From NCBI GenBank assembly GCA_040954595.2, contig CM082592.2, positions 1,736,001 through 1,800,000 of the forward strand: 64,000 bases of DNA, read 5' to 3'. Position 1 is the stretch's first letter. The number at the start of each line of letters is the position of its first letter. This document shows, piece by piece, positions 37,793-52,427 of this stretch. This DNA is from Balanoglossus misakiensis (taxonomy: Eukaryota; Animalia; Hemichordata). A model generated the notes under the pieces. That model did no database searches, was not told the DNA's origin, and worked only from the letters and a program-made list of their open reading frames with translations. Both the position numbers and the translations under genes were made by a program.

Positions 37793-40700
37793 TTTCGGAA
37801 TCTGCTGACACGTTGCGGGCTAATTACCATACCTCGTGCAGCCCCCGCTGAGTTTCTGCTCACCTGAGAAACTTTCTCTTGAATATTCGTTGCTTCTGGT
37901 TTTGGCTCCTACCCCCATGCAGTTTACCCGGCCGCACACGTTGAGTTACTTCAAATCCTCGCCGCCAATGTAGAGTTCACACGGATATAGAGTAGCGTTG
38001 TAGAGTTGACACGGACACACGGTTACGGTATGCAATTGTACTGCTATACTTTTATTACGTAACATTAAAATACACACCAAAAGCAGATACACACAATGGC
38101 CTCAAGAGGGCGTCCTAACACGGTGTACTTTTAGACAATGGTAAGTATTTAGCATGGACACTACAGCTCTGATAATGTATTATATGCCCACCCTATGTAA
38201 AATTTGGTGATTATTCCAAAAACGCAGATTTATTGACCCAACCTAATGCAAAAATGCCCTTTTGGAAAGTTTTTGCCCAAAAAGGCCATTTTTAGAAAAA
38301 AAATTAAAAACAAACTTTTCTTCATAAAGCTCAGAGATCATGTGATATATGAAATGTTCATCCTATGTAAAAAATGGTGCTGATTCCAGAAATAGCAGTC
38401 TTATTGATCCTACTCAAGAAAAAATGCCATTTTTGCCTCTTTTTGCCCCAAAAACGTCATTTTCAGAAAACACTCAAAATTTATATATTTTCTTCACTTT
38501 CGGAGATCTGATAATGTATTATATGCCCACTATATGTGAACAATTTCCAACAAAGCAGTTTTATTGATGCCACTCAAGATAAAAGTGCCTTTTTGGCAAG
38601 TTTTTGCCCAAAACGTGTCATTTCTAGAAAATACGAAAAATATGCCATTTTCTTCCCATTGGTGATCTAATGATAAATAAAAGTAGGGACATTTAAAAAA
38701 ACCCACTCTTACTGACCCCACAGAGGGAAAAAATACAATTTTGGCCTCTTTGCTCAAAAAGGTAACTGTTAGAAAAAATAAATACAAACTTATTCCTTCA
38801 TATTCAGAGCCCTTGTGATGTATGTAAATTCGTTTTTTTTTGTGTTTTTTTGTGTGTGCAAAAAATATGCTGATACCAGCACAACGGTCTTATTGAGACA
38901 CCCCGCTCAGTACAAAATTGCCATTTAGCCATCTTTTGGTCAACAATAGGCATTTTCAGAAAACAAATATAATTGATGTTTTTGCCTTTTGTGTTCTGAC
39001 GTTGTATATACATTTTTAAAACGCCATAACCATATAATATCAATTAAATTGATGATATTGAAAGACAGGGTTGCCACAATTTGGCACATTTAGCCCAAAA
39101 CTGAACTCAACAATAAGATGATCCATGTATACGCACTGTCTACTATAAGTCGATTATGCGTGGTGTGAAATATTTAGGTTCAGATATGCCAACTCGGGAG
39201 AGATTGTTGAAATTTATTCTCTTCAATCTGAATACAAAATCAGAAATTATATTATAATTTATATCATGATACCTCCGTCTTACTGATTGGACAGGAGTGC
39301 AACCGATGCTAGAATACTCAATAGAGCACTGCTAAAACTGGCCCCTGAACTAGCACGCAGCAGGGAAAATGTGGGCTTAAACCAAATAAACATAATAAAA
39401 ACACTTAAATTCCTTGACGTTTTAATTTGGAACTGCTGTATAGGAATATTTGGGCAATGTGCAATGCCTTTCTTTTGTCATCTGTATCATGTTTAGAGCT
39501 TGGTCCCGGGCGGCGTGTTTACATTCATCGACGCGAGTTTTGTTCAATTCGTAACTTCTTTTCCTCTCGATGCTGTTCCATCATCATTATGAGTTCAACT
39601 TGGGCTCATTTTGCAAAAACTCCAAATACAAACATTTTTTCGGTACAAAATGGCTAAAAGGATAACTTTTTCTTGAGTAGATCTATTTTTGGCTACAAAT
39701 AGCCAAAAAGGCAATTTGGACTAGAGTGGGGCCAACCAGACTGCCGTTTTTGGAATAGTCACCAAATTTTACACAGAATGGACTTTTCATACATGATCAG
39801 ATCTCTGAATATGAAGAAAACAATTTGTCTTTAGTTTGTTTGTTTTTAATGAACATTTTTGACCAAAAAATTAGCCGAAATTACAAATTTCAATTGAATA
39901 GGGTAAGTAAGACTTCCGTTTTTGGAACAGTAACCACGTTACAATATAGAATGGGCTTTTATTTATAATAAGATCACCGAAAGTGAAGAAAAGAGAATGC
40001 TATTAATATATTCTTAAAAATGACAATTTTGTGCAAAACTTAGCCAAAAAGGTGATTTCATCATGGTTGAGGTCATTAAGACTACATTTTTGGAAACAAC
40101 ACCTATTTTACAATAAATGTACTTTTCACACATCATAGAATCTACAAATAAGAATCAAACAGTTAGTTTTTAATAATTTCGAAAAGTGGCTTTTTGGGCA
40201 AAAACTTGTCAAAAAAGCACTGTTTTCTTGAGTGGCGCCAGAAATTTTTTTTTTGATTTTTTCACATAGAGTGGGTATATAATACATCATCATCTCCGAA
40301 AGTGAAGAAAATATAAAAGTTTTGGGTGTTTTCTAGAAATGACACTTTTTGGGCAAAAACTTGCCAAAAAGGCACTTTTATCTTGAGTGGCATCAATAAA
40401 ACTGCTTTTTTGGAAATTTTTCACATATAGTGGGCATATAATACATTATCAGATCTCCGAAAGTGAAGAAAATATATCAATTTTGAGTGTTTTCTGAAAA
40501 TGACGTTTTTGGGGCAAAAAGTGGCAAAATGGCATTATTTCTTGAGTAGGATCAATAAGACTGCTATTTCTGGAATCAGCAGCATTTTTTACATAGGATG
40601 AACATTTCATATATCACATGATCTCTGAGCTTTATGAAGAAAAGTTTGTTTTTAAATTTTTTTCTAAAAATGGCCTTTTTGGGCAAAAACTTTCCAAAAG

Positions 40701-41419
40701 GGCATTTTTGCATTAGGTTGGGTCCAGAAATCTGCTTTTTTGGAATAATCACCACATTTTACATAGGGTGGGCATATAATACATTATCAGAGCTGAGTAG
40801 GGTCAATAAGACTGCTATTTCTGGAATCAGCACCGTTTTTTACATAGAATGGACATTTCATATATCCAATGATCTCTGAATATGAAGAACACAATTTGTT
40901 TTTAGTTTTTTGTAAAAATGACCTTTTTTGACCTCAAAAAGTGGCCAAAAATGGCATTTTTGTATTGATTGAGGTCAAAAAGACTGCTTTATTTTTTAAA
41001 GTCACCACTTTTAACACAGAATTGACTTTCCATATATCACCAGATCAATCATTATGAAGAAAACCGTGTGTTTTAAATTTTTTCTAAAAATGACGTTTTT
41101 TGGGCATAAAATGGTCAAAAAGGCAATTTTGTGTTGTTTTGGGTCAATCGGACTACTTTTTTCATAATATTCACCAAATTTTACATAGAATAAGCCTATG
41201 ATATGTCATCAGATCTCAGAATGTGACGGAAACAGTGTGTTTTTAGTGTTTTCTAAAAAAGACCATTTTTGGGTTAAAAATGGCCAAAATGGCAATTTTG
41301 TCTTGAGTGGGGTCATTAAGACTGATTTTTTTGGAATCAGCACCATTTTTTACATGGAATGGACTTCTCAAACCTTCCTCACCAAAAATTCTGATTAACG
41401 GCACCTAGCTCCTGGACTA

Positions 41420-41958
41420 ATCTGTTGCCCATGCAGGAATTTTCTACTGATGCGTGTGTTACAAGCGGCGGTGGTTACTTTGGAAAAGACTGATTTTACA
41501 CCAATTGGCAGGCAGATTTTCCGGAATTTGCAGACTGTCATATCACATTAAAGGAACTCTTTGCTGTCTTCATTGCTTGCAAGCGCTGGCATCCATTTTG
41601 GAAAAACAAACATGTGATCGTGTATACAGACAACATGGCCACTATGTACATGATCAATTCTGGCACTAGCCATAATAAGTTGGCTATGACATGGTTACGT
41701 ACTTTATTTTGGCTGTCGGCAACCTCAAATTTTTATATAACCGCACGTTATATACCATCAGGTCAGAATCTGGCTGACCCTTTGTCAAGACTTCATGAGA
41801 TAAAGCATTATTTCAAAGCAATGGCATTTTTAAAATCCAATGCAATGGCAGGTACTCAAGTGGGTGATTGGTACCCTGGTAATATGACCTATGAATCTTA
41901 CCGATTGCTCTTACAGGGCCTTTGCAGGACCAAATGGACGTACTGGACCAAGAGATGA
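41420..41958 (+). pseudogene. DIRS/Ngaro RNase H
   Basis: FSTDAC...HITLKELFAV...VYTDN...YIPSGQNLADPLSR. Confidence 0.9.
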
Positions 41959-42104
41959 CGGCTTACAAATGGTCAGCCTATGCCGAATCAACAAAGAAAG
42001 CATATAAGACTCACCGTGATACCTTCCTGCGTTTTTGCCTTTATTTTGAGTTAAGACCTGTGCCAGCAGACACTCTAACAATCTGCAGGTATGCAGCCTT
42101 TTTA

Positions 42105-42906
42105 GGCTGCATTCACAAACACCTCTGGAGGGGGGGGCGGGAGAATTCAATTTTTTTTACCGTTAATTTTCACATGCCCCCCTCAACAACCCGAAATATT
42201 TTCAAATACCCCCCTTCCGAACTGCTAAAATTTTCAAATCCCCCCCCCCCATTTTCTTTCACACAGCAAAACACATCACCTATCTATCTAATATCTTGTA
42301 AAAAAGAAAAACAGCGCTCCCATGAAAATAATTTGAAATTGATGTTTCCTCTCATCAGTGGGTTTAAAACTGAACATTGTTTTTATTTTTTATGTATTTT
42401 GTATTCTGTGTTGGGAGACATTGTAAACCGAGAATGGAAGGGGGTGGGTTTGGGAGGGGGTGTCCCCCTCCCACGTAAGAAAATTTTATAAAATACAGAG
42501 CTCAAAGCTGCATTTTAATGAACCCAAAAGCAAATTAACTCAACGACCAGTATGTTGGGGAGGACAAATTTAACCGTCGGCGCTCAAAGTTATCATGGGG
42601 TGGGGGCAAGTCCCCTGACCTGGGACACTAGATAAACCAGTCAATGATTGAAAGGTGTTGATGAATGGAGGGGGTGGGTGTGGGAGGGGGTGTCCCCCTC
42701 CCACATTAGAAAATTTTGTAAAATAAAGGGCGCGAAACTGCATTTTTGTGGACTAAAAATAAATATTTAGTCGTCAAAGTTTTCAAGTCCCCCCCTTTCA
42801 GTCCCTAAATTATTTCAAATCCCCCCCCTTACATACCCTCAATTTTTTCAAATCCCCCCCCTCAATTCTCCTGCCCCCCCCTCCAGAGGTGTTTGTGAAT
42901 GCAGCC
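42105..42906. mobile_element. PIF/Harbinger-type MITE (802 bp)
   Basis: TTA TSD (42102-42104, 42907-42909); TIR GGCTGCATTCACAAACACCTCTGGAGGGGG. Confidence 0.9.
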
Positions 42907-43312
42907 TTAGCCAGAACACTTAAACCTTCTACACAACCAAAGTTTAACATGTGTGTAGCTGTCATGCAGCATGTATGTAACAGCCATGCAGAATATCAAT
43001 GTAACTAGAAAGTAGCCGCAGTATGTAACATGGCAGTTGCAACTGACATGTAGCATGCCTGCAGCAGCTATGCTACACTGATGTTCTACATGCCTGTAGC
43101 ATGCCTGCAGCAGCTATGCTACACTGATGTTCTACATGCCTGTAGCAGCTATGCTACATGCATGTTCTACATGCCTGTAGCATTACTGTCTGGTAAATTA
43201 CTTTCCTTGGGTAATAGTGATTGCTGATTTAGTATGTGTACATGAGTGAACTGTCATGTAATATTAAGGTAAAGTCTATTACACAACTTAGGTGAATGTT
43301 CTGGTGGTTTTA

Positions 43313-46296
43313 TAGTCAAGTAGAACCACAACATAACCGTGAAGTACAGTACAAATGCAATTTTTTTGCTGAAAATGATAGTTGGAGGGATACTGATAAG
43401 GAATCAGGTTGATGCCACTTTGGCACCCTTGCGCATTTTTTTTAATAAACGTTTTAAGCCACGCCCACTTTTAATGCAATAATTACCAAAGACACATGCA
43501 TTGCAGTAACGTACATGCCATATTAGGTGTCAAACTGAAGCTTATGTCATGTAAAAAGCAAAATTAAACATATTAAATGGTATTTTAAAACCCTAGATGG
43601 ACAATTTCAAGGTCAAACGTTCAAATTGACCACGCCCATTTGACCTTGATATTATGAGAGAAGATAATTATACCATGTTTGGTATCAAACTGAAGCTAAT
43701 GTCAAGTATGAAGCAAATATAAGCATGATAACGAGCATAACATTTTTTCAAAATCCCAGATAGTCAATTTCAAGGTCAAACGTTAAAAATATTTTGAGAT
43801 TTTATGATGTATGAAAAGTCCATTTATGGAAAAATTGGTGTTGATTCCAGAAAAAAGCAGTCTTATTAATCTCAATAAAGATGGAAATAGTTTTTGTCCA
43901 AAAAGGGTCATTTTTAGAAAATACTAAAACATGCCATTTCTTTTAAACTAAAGACAAATTGTTTTCTTCATATTTAGAGATCTGATTATGTAAGAAAAGT
44001 TCATTTTATATAAAAATTTGGTGACTATTCCAAAAACGGTTGATCCCACTCTAGTCAAAATTGCCTTTTTGGCCATTTATGGCCTAAATAGACCGACTCA
44101 AGACAAATTTATCATTTTAAACATTTTCTAGAGAAAAGAATGTTTGCATTTGGAGTTAGCCCAAATTGAACTCATATTGATGATGAACCAGCGTCAAGAG
44201 GAAAAGAAGTAACAAATCTAGTTCAGGGGCAGTTTTAGCCGTGCTCTATTGAGTATTTAGCATCGTTGGATTGCACTTCTGTCCAATCAGAATGACGGAG
44301 GTATCATGATATAATATAATTTCTGTTTTTGTATTTAGATTGAAAAGGATAAATGTCAACAATTTCTCCGGAGCTGGTATATCTCTACATAAACATTTCA
44401 TACCACGTATAATCGACTTATAGTAGATAGTGTGTATGCATGGATGGTCGCGTTTATTGTTGAGTTCCATTTTAGGTTAAATGTGCCAAATTGTGGCAAC
44501 TCTGTCTTTCAATATCATCAATTCAACTGATATCATATGGTTATGACCTTTAAATAAGCAAATACAACATCAGAACTCAAAAGGCAAAACATATATTTTA
44601 TTTTGTTTTTCTGAAAAAGACAATTGTTGACCAAAAGACGGCAATTTTGTATTTAGTGGCGTGTCTCAATAAGACTTGTGTTGGTATCAGCATATTTTTT
44701 GCAAAAAATGGACTTTCCATTCATCATTAAACATTTAAATACGAAGAAAACAGTTTGTTTTCATTTGTTCTTGAAATAGCACTTTTTGACAAAAAAAAGA
44801 CAAAATGACAATTTTGTAAGATGAAAAGAATGGTCCCTTTCAACAAAAATGGACTTTCCATACTTCATAAGATCTCTGAATATCAAAAAATAAGTTTTTT
44901 TTTTATTTTTTCTAACAGTAATTACCTTTTAAGCAAAGTGAACAAAATAAGAATAAAGTGAACAGTAAGAGTGCTTTTTTTGGAAAAGTCACTACTTCAT
45001 ACATCATCAAATCCAATTATAGAGAAAAAAAGTTTGTTTTTAATTGTTTTCTAAAAATGACCTTTTTCGGCAAAAAGCAGCAAAAATGGCAATGTTATCT
45101 TGAGTGGGGTCAATAAGACTGACTTTTTTGGAATCAGCACCATTTGTTACATAGAATGGACTTCTCAAACCTTCCTTACCAACAATTCATATTAAAGGCA
45201 CCTATCTCCTAGGTAACTTGTCATCATAGTTACTAGTTGGTAAGGGCACTTGGAAGTATGATGTAATGATGATGTAATTGATTACCATATCATTTTTGTA
45301 ATAACTTTCTGTTGATACCAAACACATCACAGTTTTCTTCAGTACAATTGCACAGAGACGTGTTTTTCAAAACCTCACATTTATAGGTAAACAGAACACC
45401 ATTTTCATAAGGGTATTTTGACTTATGACGTCACTATGATGTCATGATTTGTCATATCACTTTTATTTTGTAATTAATGGAAAGCTTGTTTATTAAGCTT
45501 TCTTTTGATATCAAATACATCCCAGTTGTTTTAGGTATACGTTCAGAGAGACAGTCTTTTACAAGACTAATATATCCCCCTTACGTCAATTCATATGCAT
45601 TTTAGGGTTTTCTACATAAATTACCCAATATAATTTGGAAGCCAATAACTCGAAAACGCCCCGGTGCCCAGTTTTGGATACAAATTAGCGATTCTAAAGT
45701 GAGTGCAAAGCCAAAGACGCAGTAATAATCTCTTTGACCTTTTGTGAACTATGGCCAAGGAAATAACATTGCTATAAAATGAAAGCTGCCCCCCCCCCCA
45801 ACCCGGCAAGATATGGCCCTTATTACCATGGCAATTAAATTTTGGTGTTAAAACATTTCATGTGCTCTTTTTAATACTCATTTTTGTTTTCTCCATCGTG
45901 TGTGCTTCATTTTGATAACAAACATGATATGTTTTTCTTCTTTAATTATGTTTCAGTTTAGGGGTGTGGCCAGTTTTATGTTAATATGCCCTTATATGAC
46001 CTTGACATTGACCGTATAACCTTATAATGTTCATATTTACTTTTCACATGGCATTAGCTTTAGTTTGATACCAAACAAGACATTATTTATATGAATTGCA
46101 TTTTTGGCTTTGTAATTATAAGATTTAAAATGTGGGCGTGGCTTAAAACGTTAATTAAAAAAAATGCTCAAGGGTGCCAAGGTGGCATCAACCTGATTCC
46201 GAGTCAGTACCCCCTCAACTATCATTTTCTGCAAAAAATCGCATTTGTACCGTACTTCACGGTTATGCCAATTTTGGGGTCAGTTCTACTTGACTA
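43313..46296. mobile_element. Non-autonomous Academ-like TIR element containing part of the 32626 family (about 43800-45214)
   Basis: TAGTCAAGTAGAAC...GTTCTACTTGACTA termini, 3-bp TTA TSD, TIRs of a few hundred bp. Confidence 0.82.
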
Positions 46297-49200
46297 TTAT
46301 TCCATAATATGTATATACATATTACACAAGTTTATAAAAATACACACTTTAAAAGTTACTGGCACACTCACCCGATAAAAAATCTATTTAGTCTGTAAAA
46401 ATTATACAGACTTTCATGGGTAAATTCATCTTTTCTAACACGACAGGTAGTATATTCACAACAGTGAACAAATGAAACTAAACTATTGACTTGATTTGAG
46501 GAAATTAAATGAGTGTTGTTTGTGAAGCGGAAAATTTCACAATTAAACTTGTCATATCGTGCAGGTTGGCAGGGTGACAACCTCTGCAAAATACAGAGGT
46601 CCAGTTTCTTCTCACCACCGGTAATTCTGACACATGTGGTTAATCTTCCATAGGACTGAAACAGATAAAAAAATATTAAGTAGGTGATCAAAATATTTGT
46701 CTTTATGGTACAAATCCTCAAAACAACACAGTGCGGATAAAACAGATGGGTAGTGTAATGTCCTTATTCAAATTACAACCAAACTAATAAAAAGTTAATT
46801 TCTTCTAAACATGAAGAAAATGGAGAGAGAATAAGCGATATGGTCATATACAAGGTTCTGAAAATGTACCGGTCCAAATACTACAAGAATAGTATTTATT
46901 ATATTTTATCATACATGCAAAGCCTGTATTTGGCAGTTGGTTATTATGAAAATCTAGCAAAGCATGCACTCAGACACTGCTGCACATCACCCTTCACTAC
47001 TCTGCTGTCTTTGTGCATACTTTACTGTGTTTTGTTAGAACTAAACCTCATACAGTGTGACTAACATACGTTTTTTCCACTTGAATTTGTGAATCTCAGG
47101 AATGAACCAACATTGACTAAACCATTTTCAGCTTGTACTGACTTGAATTCCACAATGTCATCTTCAGGCGTGACGGAAACATTGTGCGCAGCCAAGACTC
47201 TGAAATATGAGTGAAAATCTTTAATTTTGCTCCTGATATTAACATCACTATCTTATTCTACTCTTCAAATCGGGTTGTAACGTACATGCATAGTATTTAC
47301 TTTGTCAACATATGCTCTACAGACATCATTGTTATTGTTGATAATTGAAATTTAGTCCAGATTAAATTTCTCCTTTCAAATGCATGGTATGAGAAAGAAT
47401 ATATTTTACCTTGTAATGTCCGATGTGGGGTTGTCTCCATTGGTCTTATTGCTGGTGCATTTGACCTATACAAGCAATGAAATGAAAAAAGTTATGAAAA
47501 TCTTTGTAAATCACATCCTTGGAAAAACACACACACACAGAACAAACCTCCAACGCTCCAAGTACCTTTCGCAAACTGCCTCCCATGACCTTTTCTTTGT
47601 TCTGTTGTCCATTTAGAAATTTCTGAACCTCAGGTCTGTTGTTCATTCTCTTCACGGCATCACCACAGCATCTGTGATTTAAACAATAATTTAGATGCCA
47701 TTATTTTTAAAAGTCCTTAATTTACAGTATCCCACCTGAAAAGCATTAATTAAAGTCCAATGAAATTAACCGTTGGCACTATATTCCAAAAGTTACAAAC
47801 TAAAACGAGTCTACACAGTTGCACTCTCACTGAAGTTTATATATACTGGGGTAAGCATACTTCATTAGATTACCTGTGTTAGTTTTAACCAGTTCAATAG
47901 TAAAGTGGTAATCCACTTAAAATATGACCGCCTGGTGTGTGGTTAAAATTTAAGTGAAGTATGTTTAATTTCTTCCTGTGAAAATAACTAAATATTCATC
48001 GGTATAATAGTTTGTAATGTACCTGTAGTCCACACATGTACCTTCTTTCCAAAACCCCCCATTCAGAATGAAGCGCATTTGCTGAAGTTTACCAAAGTTC
48101 AGTGCTAGGTCCCTTGATGGGTTATGGTGATTGGTGAACAGGTATTGCAGTCGTACTTGACCCATTAATGACTCACATCTACATTATAGTAAAGCAGAAA
48201 GATTGAAGAGAGTGTGACTGGAAATAACATAGTGTGCAAGTAAAGTTATCCATATTCTTGCAGATATTTTTGGCAATACTGTAAATTTACTTTGTAAGCT
48301 ATGTTTTAAATGTGTGCAAAAAGCATGAGCTATTTGTTTCTCCAAAAATTTTGGGATTGCAACATATGTTGCCTCTAGAAAAAAACTGCTATTTCTCCTT
48401 TCCTTTCACTCTTGAATCTATGGTTAGCCTAACCTTTCTGTATCAAAGCAACCACAGGGTCCATAGTCAGCAATGTCATCTACCAAGTGGAGTAGCATGT
48501 GGATCTTTGGTTTCCGTAATGATGCAGGAAAGAGGGTCTTGATGTTGTTTATTAGTTTGTCTATCATTCCTTTCATTCGTGAGATATTTGCCTCATCCAC
48601 TTGCACGTAGTCCTGGTGAACCAGTACAAAGACCTAGAAAAATATTAATATATTAAGTGATACTGTCGTAGTGAAGACATGATCCAGAATTTTTCGCCGA
48701 TGGAATATATTTTCACTCTGTGCCCCAGAACTATTTTTGAGAACGCACTAAATCATCACTCTGCATGAACACTACGGTAGAGCATTCAGTGTTATGGGGA
48801 ACCAACTCAACAGAGCATCGTAAAATATCGAAACCAGATCCATTTTTGTTGGGGTATTGAAATGCGAGCCAGACTATATTTCACACAGACTCTCGGGGGT
48901 AATAAACGGCTGCTATGGCCCTCATGGCCAGGCAATAGGTGTTCAATAATGTAGGGATTGTCTTACCTCACCAATTAGATGCCATAGCTTCAAATACTGG
49001 CTGGGTATGATTCCAGCCAGTATGAACATCGCCACCTGGGCCCATAATTTAAACTCTCTGCCAGCAAATGACTGATATTTACTGGCAAATGTGTGATGTA
49101 ATGTCCTTTAAATGGGGACCAGTCCCAGGCCTGGGAAGAGAAGCAGCATGATCAATTCTCATTGATTTTAGTTCAAGCAGATATGCACAAATATAACACC

Positions 49201-50513
49201 ACTGAAAACTATGTACCAGGTATGTCAGTCATGGATATAAATAGCTTGGTCACCTCTAAATTGGGAAAACAGAAATACAAAGTGTGAGAAATACATGTAA
49301 TACAACCTTGAATACAAAACTTACCTTTAACTTGTGTTCAACTTGTACTTTGTCGCCAGGGGTCATAACATCAAAGGTTAGCTTAGTAAATATTTTTACT
49401 ATGCCTAATTCGATGTTATAAAGTCTTTCATATGCAATCGATCTGAAACATCATTGCAAGGCAAATTTAATTAAACATTTCTCTAGGCATTTCATGTCAA
49501 TTCTTCTAATATCAAATGATGTCAGACGCGCTCAGGCACAGTTACGTTGGCATTCAAATTTCCAGCTGTCGAGCAAAAATGTGGTGCAGACAAAAACATA
49601 GTTATAAACCTCACTTGCCTGCCATTGTCAAAGGACTGTAACTCCATTAATGGATTCTCAGATTCATTTACTCCATACTTAGTTCTTAGTTGTTTCTTTT
49701 CACTGTTGAAAAAAATAAATAAAAATGCAAATAAAATGTTTTGATCATCGATCTTTTCTGCTGAAAGAAAAGGTCAGGTACTTTAAAATTTATTTTATTT
49801 TCTTGTCCTGTAGGCATGAATCAAAGCAACACAGTGTCACAACATACAGGTTTCACATTGTTGATACCAAATCCCAAAAGCAACATTTATATCACAAAAG
49901 AAAATTGGGAATAACAGAACAAGTTTCTCTCGGTGATTTATTCTCGCCAAATATGCTAATATCTGCAATCAAATACCCTCGTTTCCCGTTTATAACCTCT
50001 AAATAATATGTAGATTTCAAACTCACCTCACATTACCGGCAGCTTCGATATCATGTATGCATGCCTTTGTGTTACTTTTATTCCGTGTCATTCCTTGTAT
50101 ACATGGACCATGTCTAGAAGCCTAGTTTAAAGACAAATACATAAAGGTGTGTCAAATCTAACCAATGATCACAAACATACCCATTCACTGATGCAAATTA
50201 AAGCAAATATACCTACGTATCATATAAATTACATACAGTTTTCTGAGGTCACCCCTAAGATTATACACATCAAATTTTACAGCAATATGACAAGCAGTTT
50301 CATAAATTTCTATCCAAAAAAAATCATTAAAGGTAGAAAATTCCAGTTATCTTCCCAACATATCCTCGCGTTTTGATTTTATCAGTTTTCATTGTTACTT
50401 ACTGTGCATCGCTGACAGAATTTGATAGATGATGCCCCAGTATGGTTTACAGCTTCAGATTGCCTTACATTGTCAGCCTTTACAAGGAGTATGGCAAGCC
50501 TCAGGGGTCTTAA

Positions 50514-51115
50514 AGCCCCAGTATTTCTCGTAGGGGCAAAATTTTGTTTGAAACGGCATCTATAATTTCTAAAAGTAGATGATAATTGATTCTGAATCGA
50601 ACAGTCATCATCCCCAGCTCTGCTCATAAACTCATACAATTTACAATACAACGAGTGAAGAATGATTTTCTGTCCGGACAGAAAGTCACGCGAGTCAGGC
50701 TCCTGTTGACACACGTGACTAGTGCGCATGCGCACTCCAATGTGAATCTATGCGGAAGAGGTTTGGTCGCCCCAAATCAAGCGACTCAGCGAAGAAATGC
50801 GCACTAATTCGGCGAAATTTTGGGAAGATAACTTTATGGGAGAAATCAGTCGATGGAACCAGATCAAATCCGAAAATGGTCTGACCATCAAATGTCAAAG
50901 TGGCACGTTTGCTGATCGACATGTGCAACATGTCCGTTGTAAACAAACCCGCGCATCATTTCAAGTGTTACGGGCAATATTTACAGCTTGCACGTAGCTA
51001 CATTTGCCCAAACCTTTCTTCTGTCTTCATTATGTAGTATTCCATGATGAATGTACGGGAAAAACGGGCATTTTTCGATGATGAAAAATGGATACACACG
51101 AGAAATACTGGGGCT
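50514..51115. mobile_element. Kolobok-like MITE (602 bp) inside the IS3EU-like left TIR
   Basis: TTAA TSD; TIR AGCCCCAGTATTTCTCGT; the empty TTAA site is visible in the opposite arm at 53235-53238. Confidence 0.88.
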
Positions 51116-51126
51116 TTAAGTATAGC

Positions 51127-51435
51127 AATAGTAGTATATAATGTTGAAGTAGTACGATTATATTTTGATTCGTTAATATATTATAAATAAATAGTAGTAT
51201 ATAATGTTGAAGTAGTACGATTATATTTTGATTCGTTAATATATTATAAATAAATAGTAGTATATAATGTTGAAGTAGTACGATTATATTTTGATTCGTT
51301 AATATATTATAAATAAATAGTAGTATATAATGTTGAAGTAGTACGATTATATTTTGATTCGTTAATATATTATAAATAAATAGTAGTATATAATGTTGAA
51401 GTAGTACGATTATATTTTGATTCATTAATATATTA
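51127..51435 (+). repeat. 63-bp minisatellite, about 5 units
   Basis: Unit AATAGTAGTATATAATGTTGAAGTAGTACGATTATATTTTGATTCGTTAATATATTATAAATA. Confidence 0.95.
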
Positions 51436-52364
51436 AGATACTTTGCAAGTATTATTATTATTTACTTGTTTACAACCTTCACTTCCACCTCACCAGAGGG
51501 CGCACAATTTTTGCTGTCGGCCATTTTCCGTGTTTTCCGTTTGTTTTGTGCGTCTCAGTCGCAGTCGAATGAGATGGACATCGAGGCAATATTGCAGGAG
51601 ATAAATTTGGCAATGAGCGGGTTGAAGCTGCCACCGCTCTTTCCATGACGGAAGGGGAAATAAAGAGATTGGGAGTTACAAGAGCAGGTGATCGAGTGCG
51701 ACTCCGAGACCTTTGCAAGGAAGCAACTCAGCCGTCACCGGCCTAGCTCTGCGTACAGGTCTGTGTGTTCCCGGCGTTACACAGCCTCCACCACAGCCTT
51801 GTCCCCCTCCCACACCGACCCCCGTCACTTTTCTTGTTTTACCGATTCCTGCAACTATTGTATTGACTTGTCATTTTAATTTGTTCATAGATTTCTTTAT
51901 TGCAATGATATACTATCATATACTTCAATAATACTTTAAGAAATTTATAATTGAGGTGTGAGGAGCCTCATTCCCTTTATTGCATACAGTGTACATAGGA
52001 TCAGGACGGCGAATGTTTTGGGCGTGGGGGGGGGTCATCATATTTTTGGGTCTGTCAAAGGGGGGGCATCATTTTTTGGTCCTGGGTGAAGGGGGGGGGG
52101 GGTCGGCCTGATTTTGAGAACCGATGACACAAACTTGCCGCCCCCCCCCCCCTGCCGTAAAATCTGAACGGTCCCTTAGGGGGCAGAAGTAGACAGGGAA
52201 AGGATTTTGCTTCGATAAAATCGAATTTCGGCCGAAAAAGCTGCAGTCCGGATCCGGACCGCAGAAGCACCAGTTTTTTCCATGGCGCCTTGCAGGGCTG
52301 TGGTGGAGGCCATGTAACGCCGGGAACACACAGACCTGTACGAAGAGCTAGGCCGGTGACGGCT

Positions 52365-52427
52365 TAGCTCTGCGTGGCAGGGCTGTGTTGTTACGCCGTA
52401 ACAACACAGCCCTGCCACGCAGAGCTA
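52365..52427. mobile_element. 63-bp perfect-hairpin mini-transposon
   Basis: 31-bp perfect arms plus 1 nt; TAG...CTA termini; 9-bp TSD GTGACGGCT. Confidence 0.88.

Larger units (their letters stand above)
33346..38165 (-). mobile_element. Full-length Ty3/Gypsy (Mag-like) LTR retrotransposon
   Basis: 197-bp LTRs at 33346-33542 and 37969-38165 (TG...CA, one difference seen); TSD GCTCT; PBS TGGCGGCGAGGAT (tRNA-Ser-like); PPT next to the 3' LTR; order gag-PR-RT-RH-IN. Confidence 0.97.
32626..41419. mobile_element. Non-autonomous foldback DNA transposon (Academ-like) with about 1.1-kb internally repetitive TIRs
   Basis: The left end TACCCTAGGAGATAGGTGCCGTTAATCAG is inverted at the right end CTGATTAACGGCACCTAGCTCCTGGACTA. 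Removal (AT duplication) restores FIEKH-LLPMQEFSTDA. Confidence 0.8.

Noticed and set aside
52020-52178. Harbinger-like MITE end (...AATCTGAACGGTCCC TTA)
   Set aside because: Only one terminus was found, so it was not called as an element.
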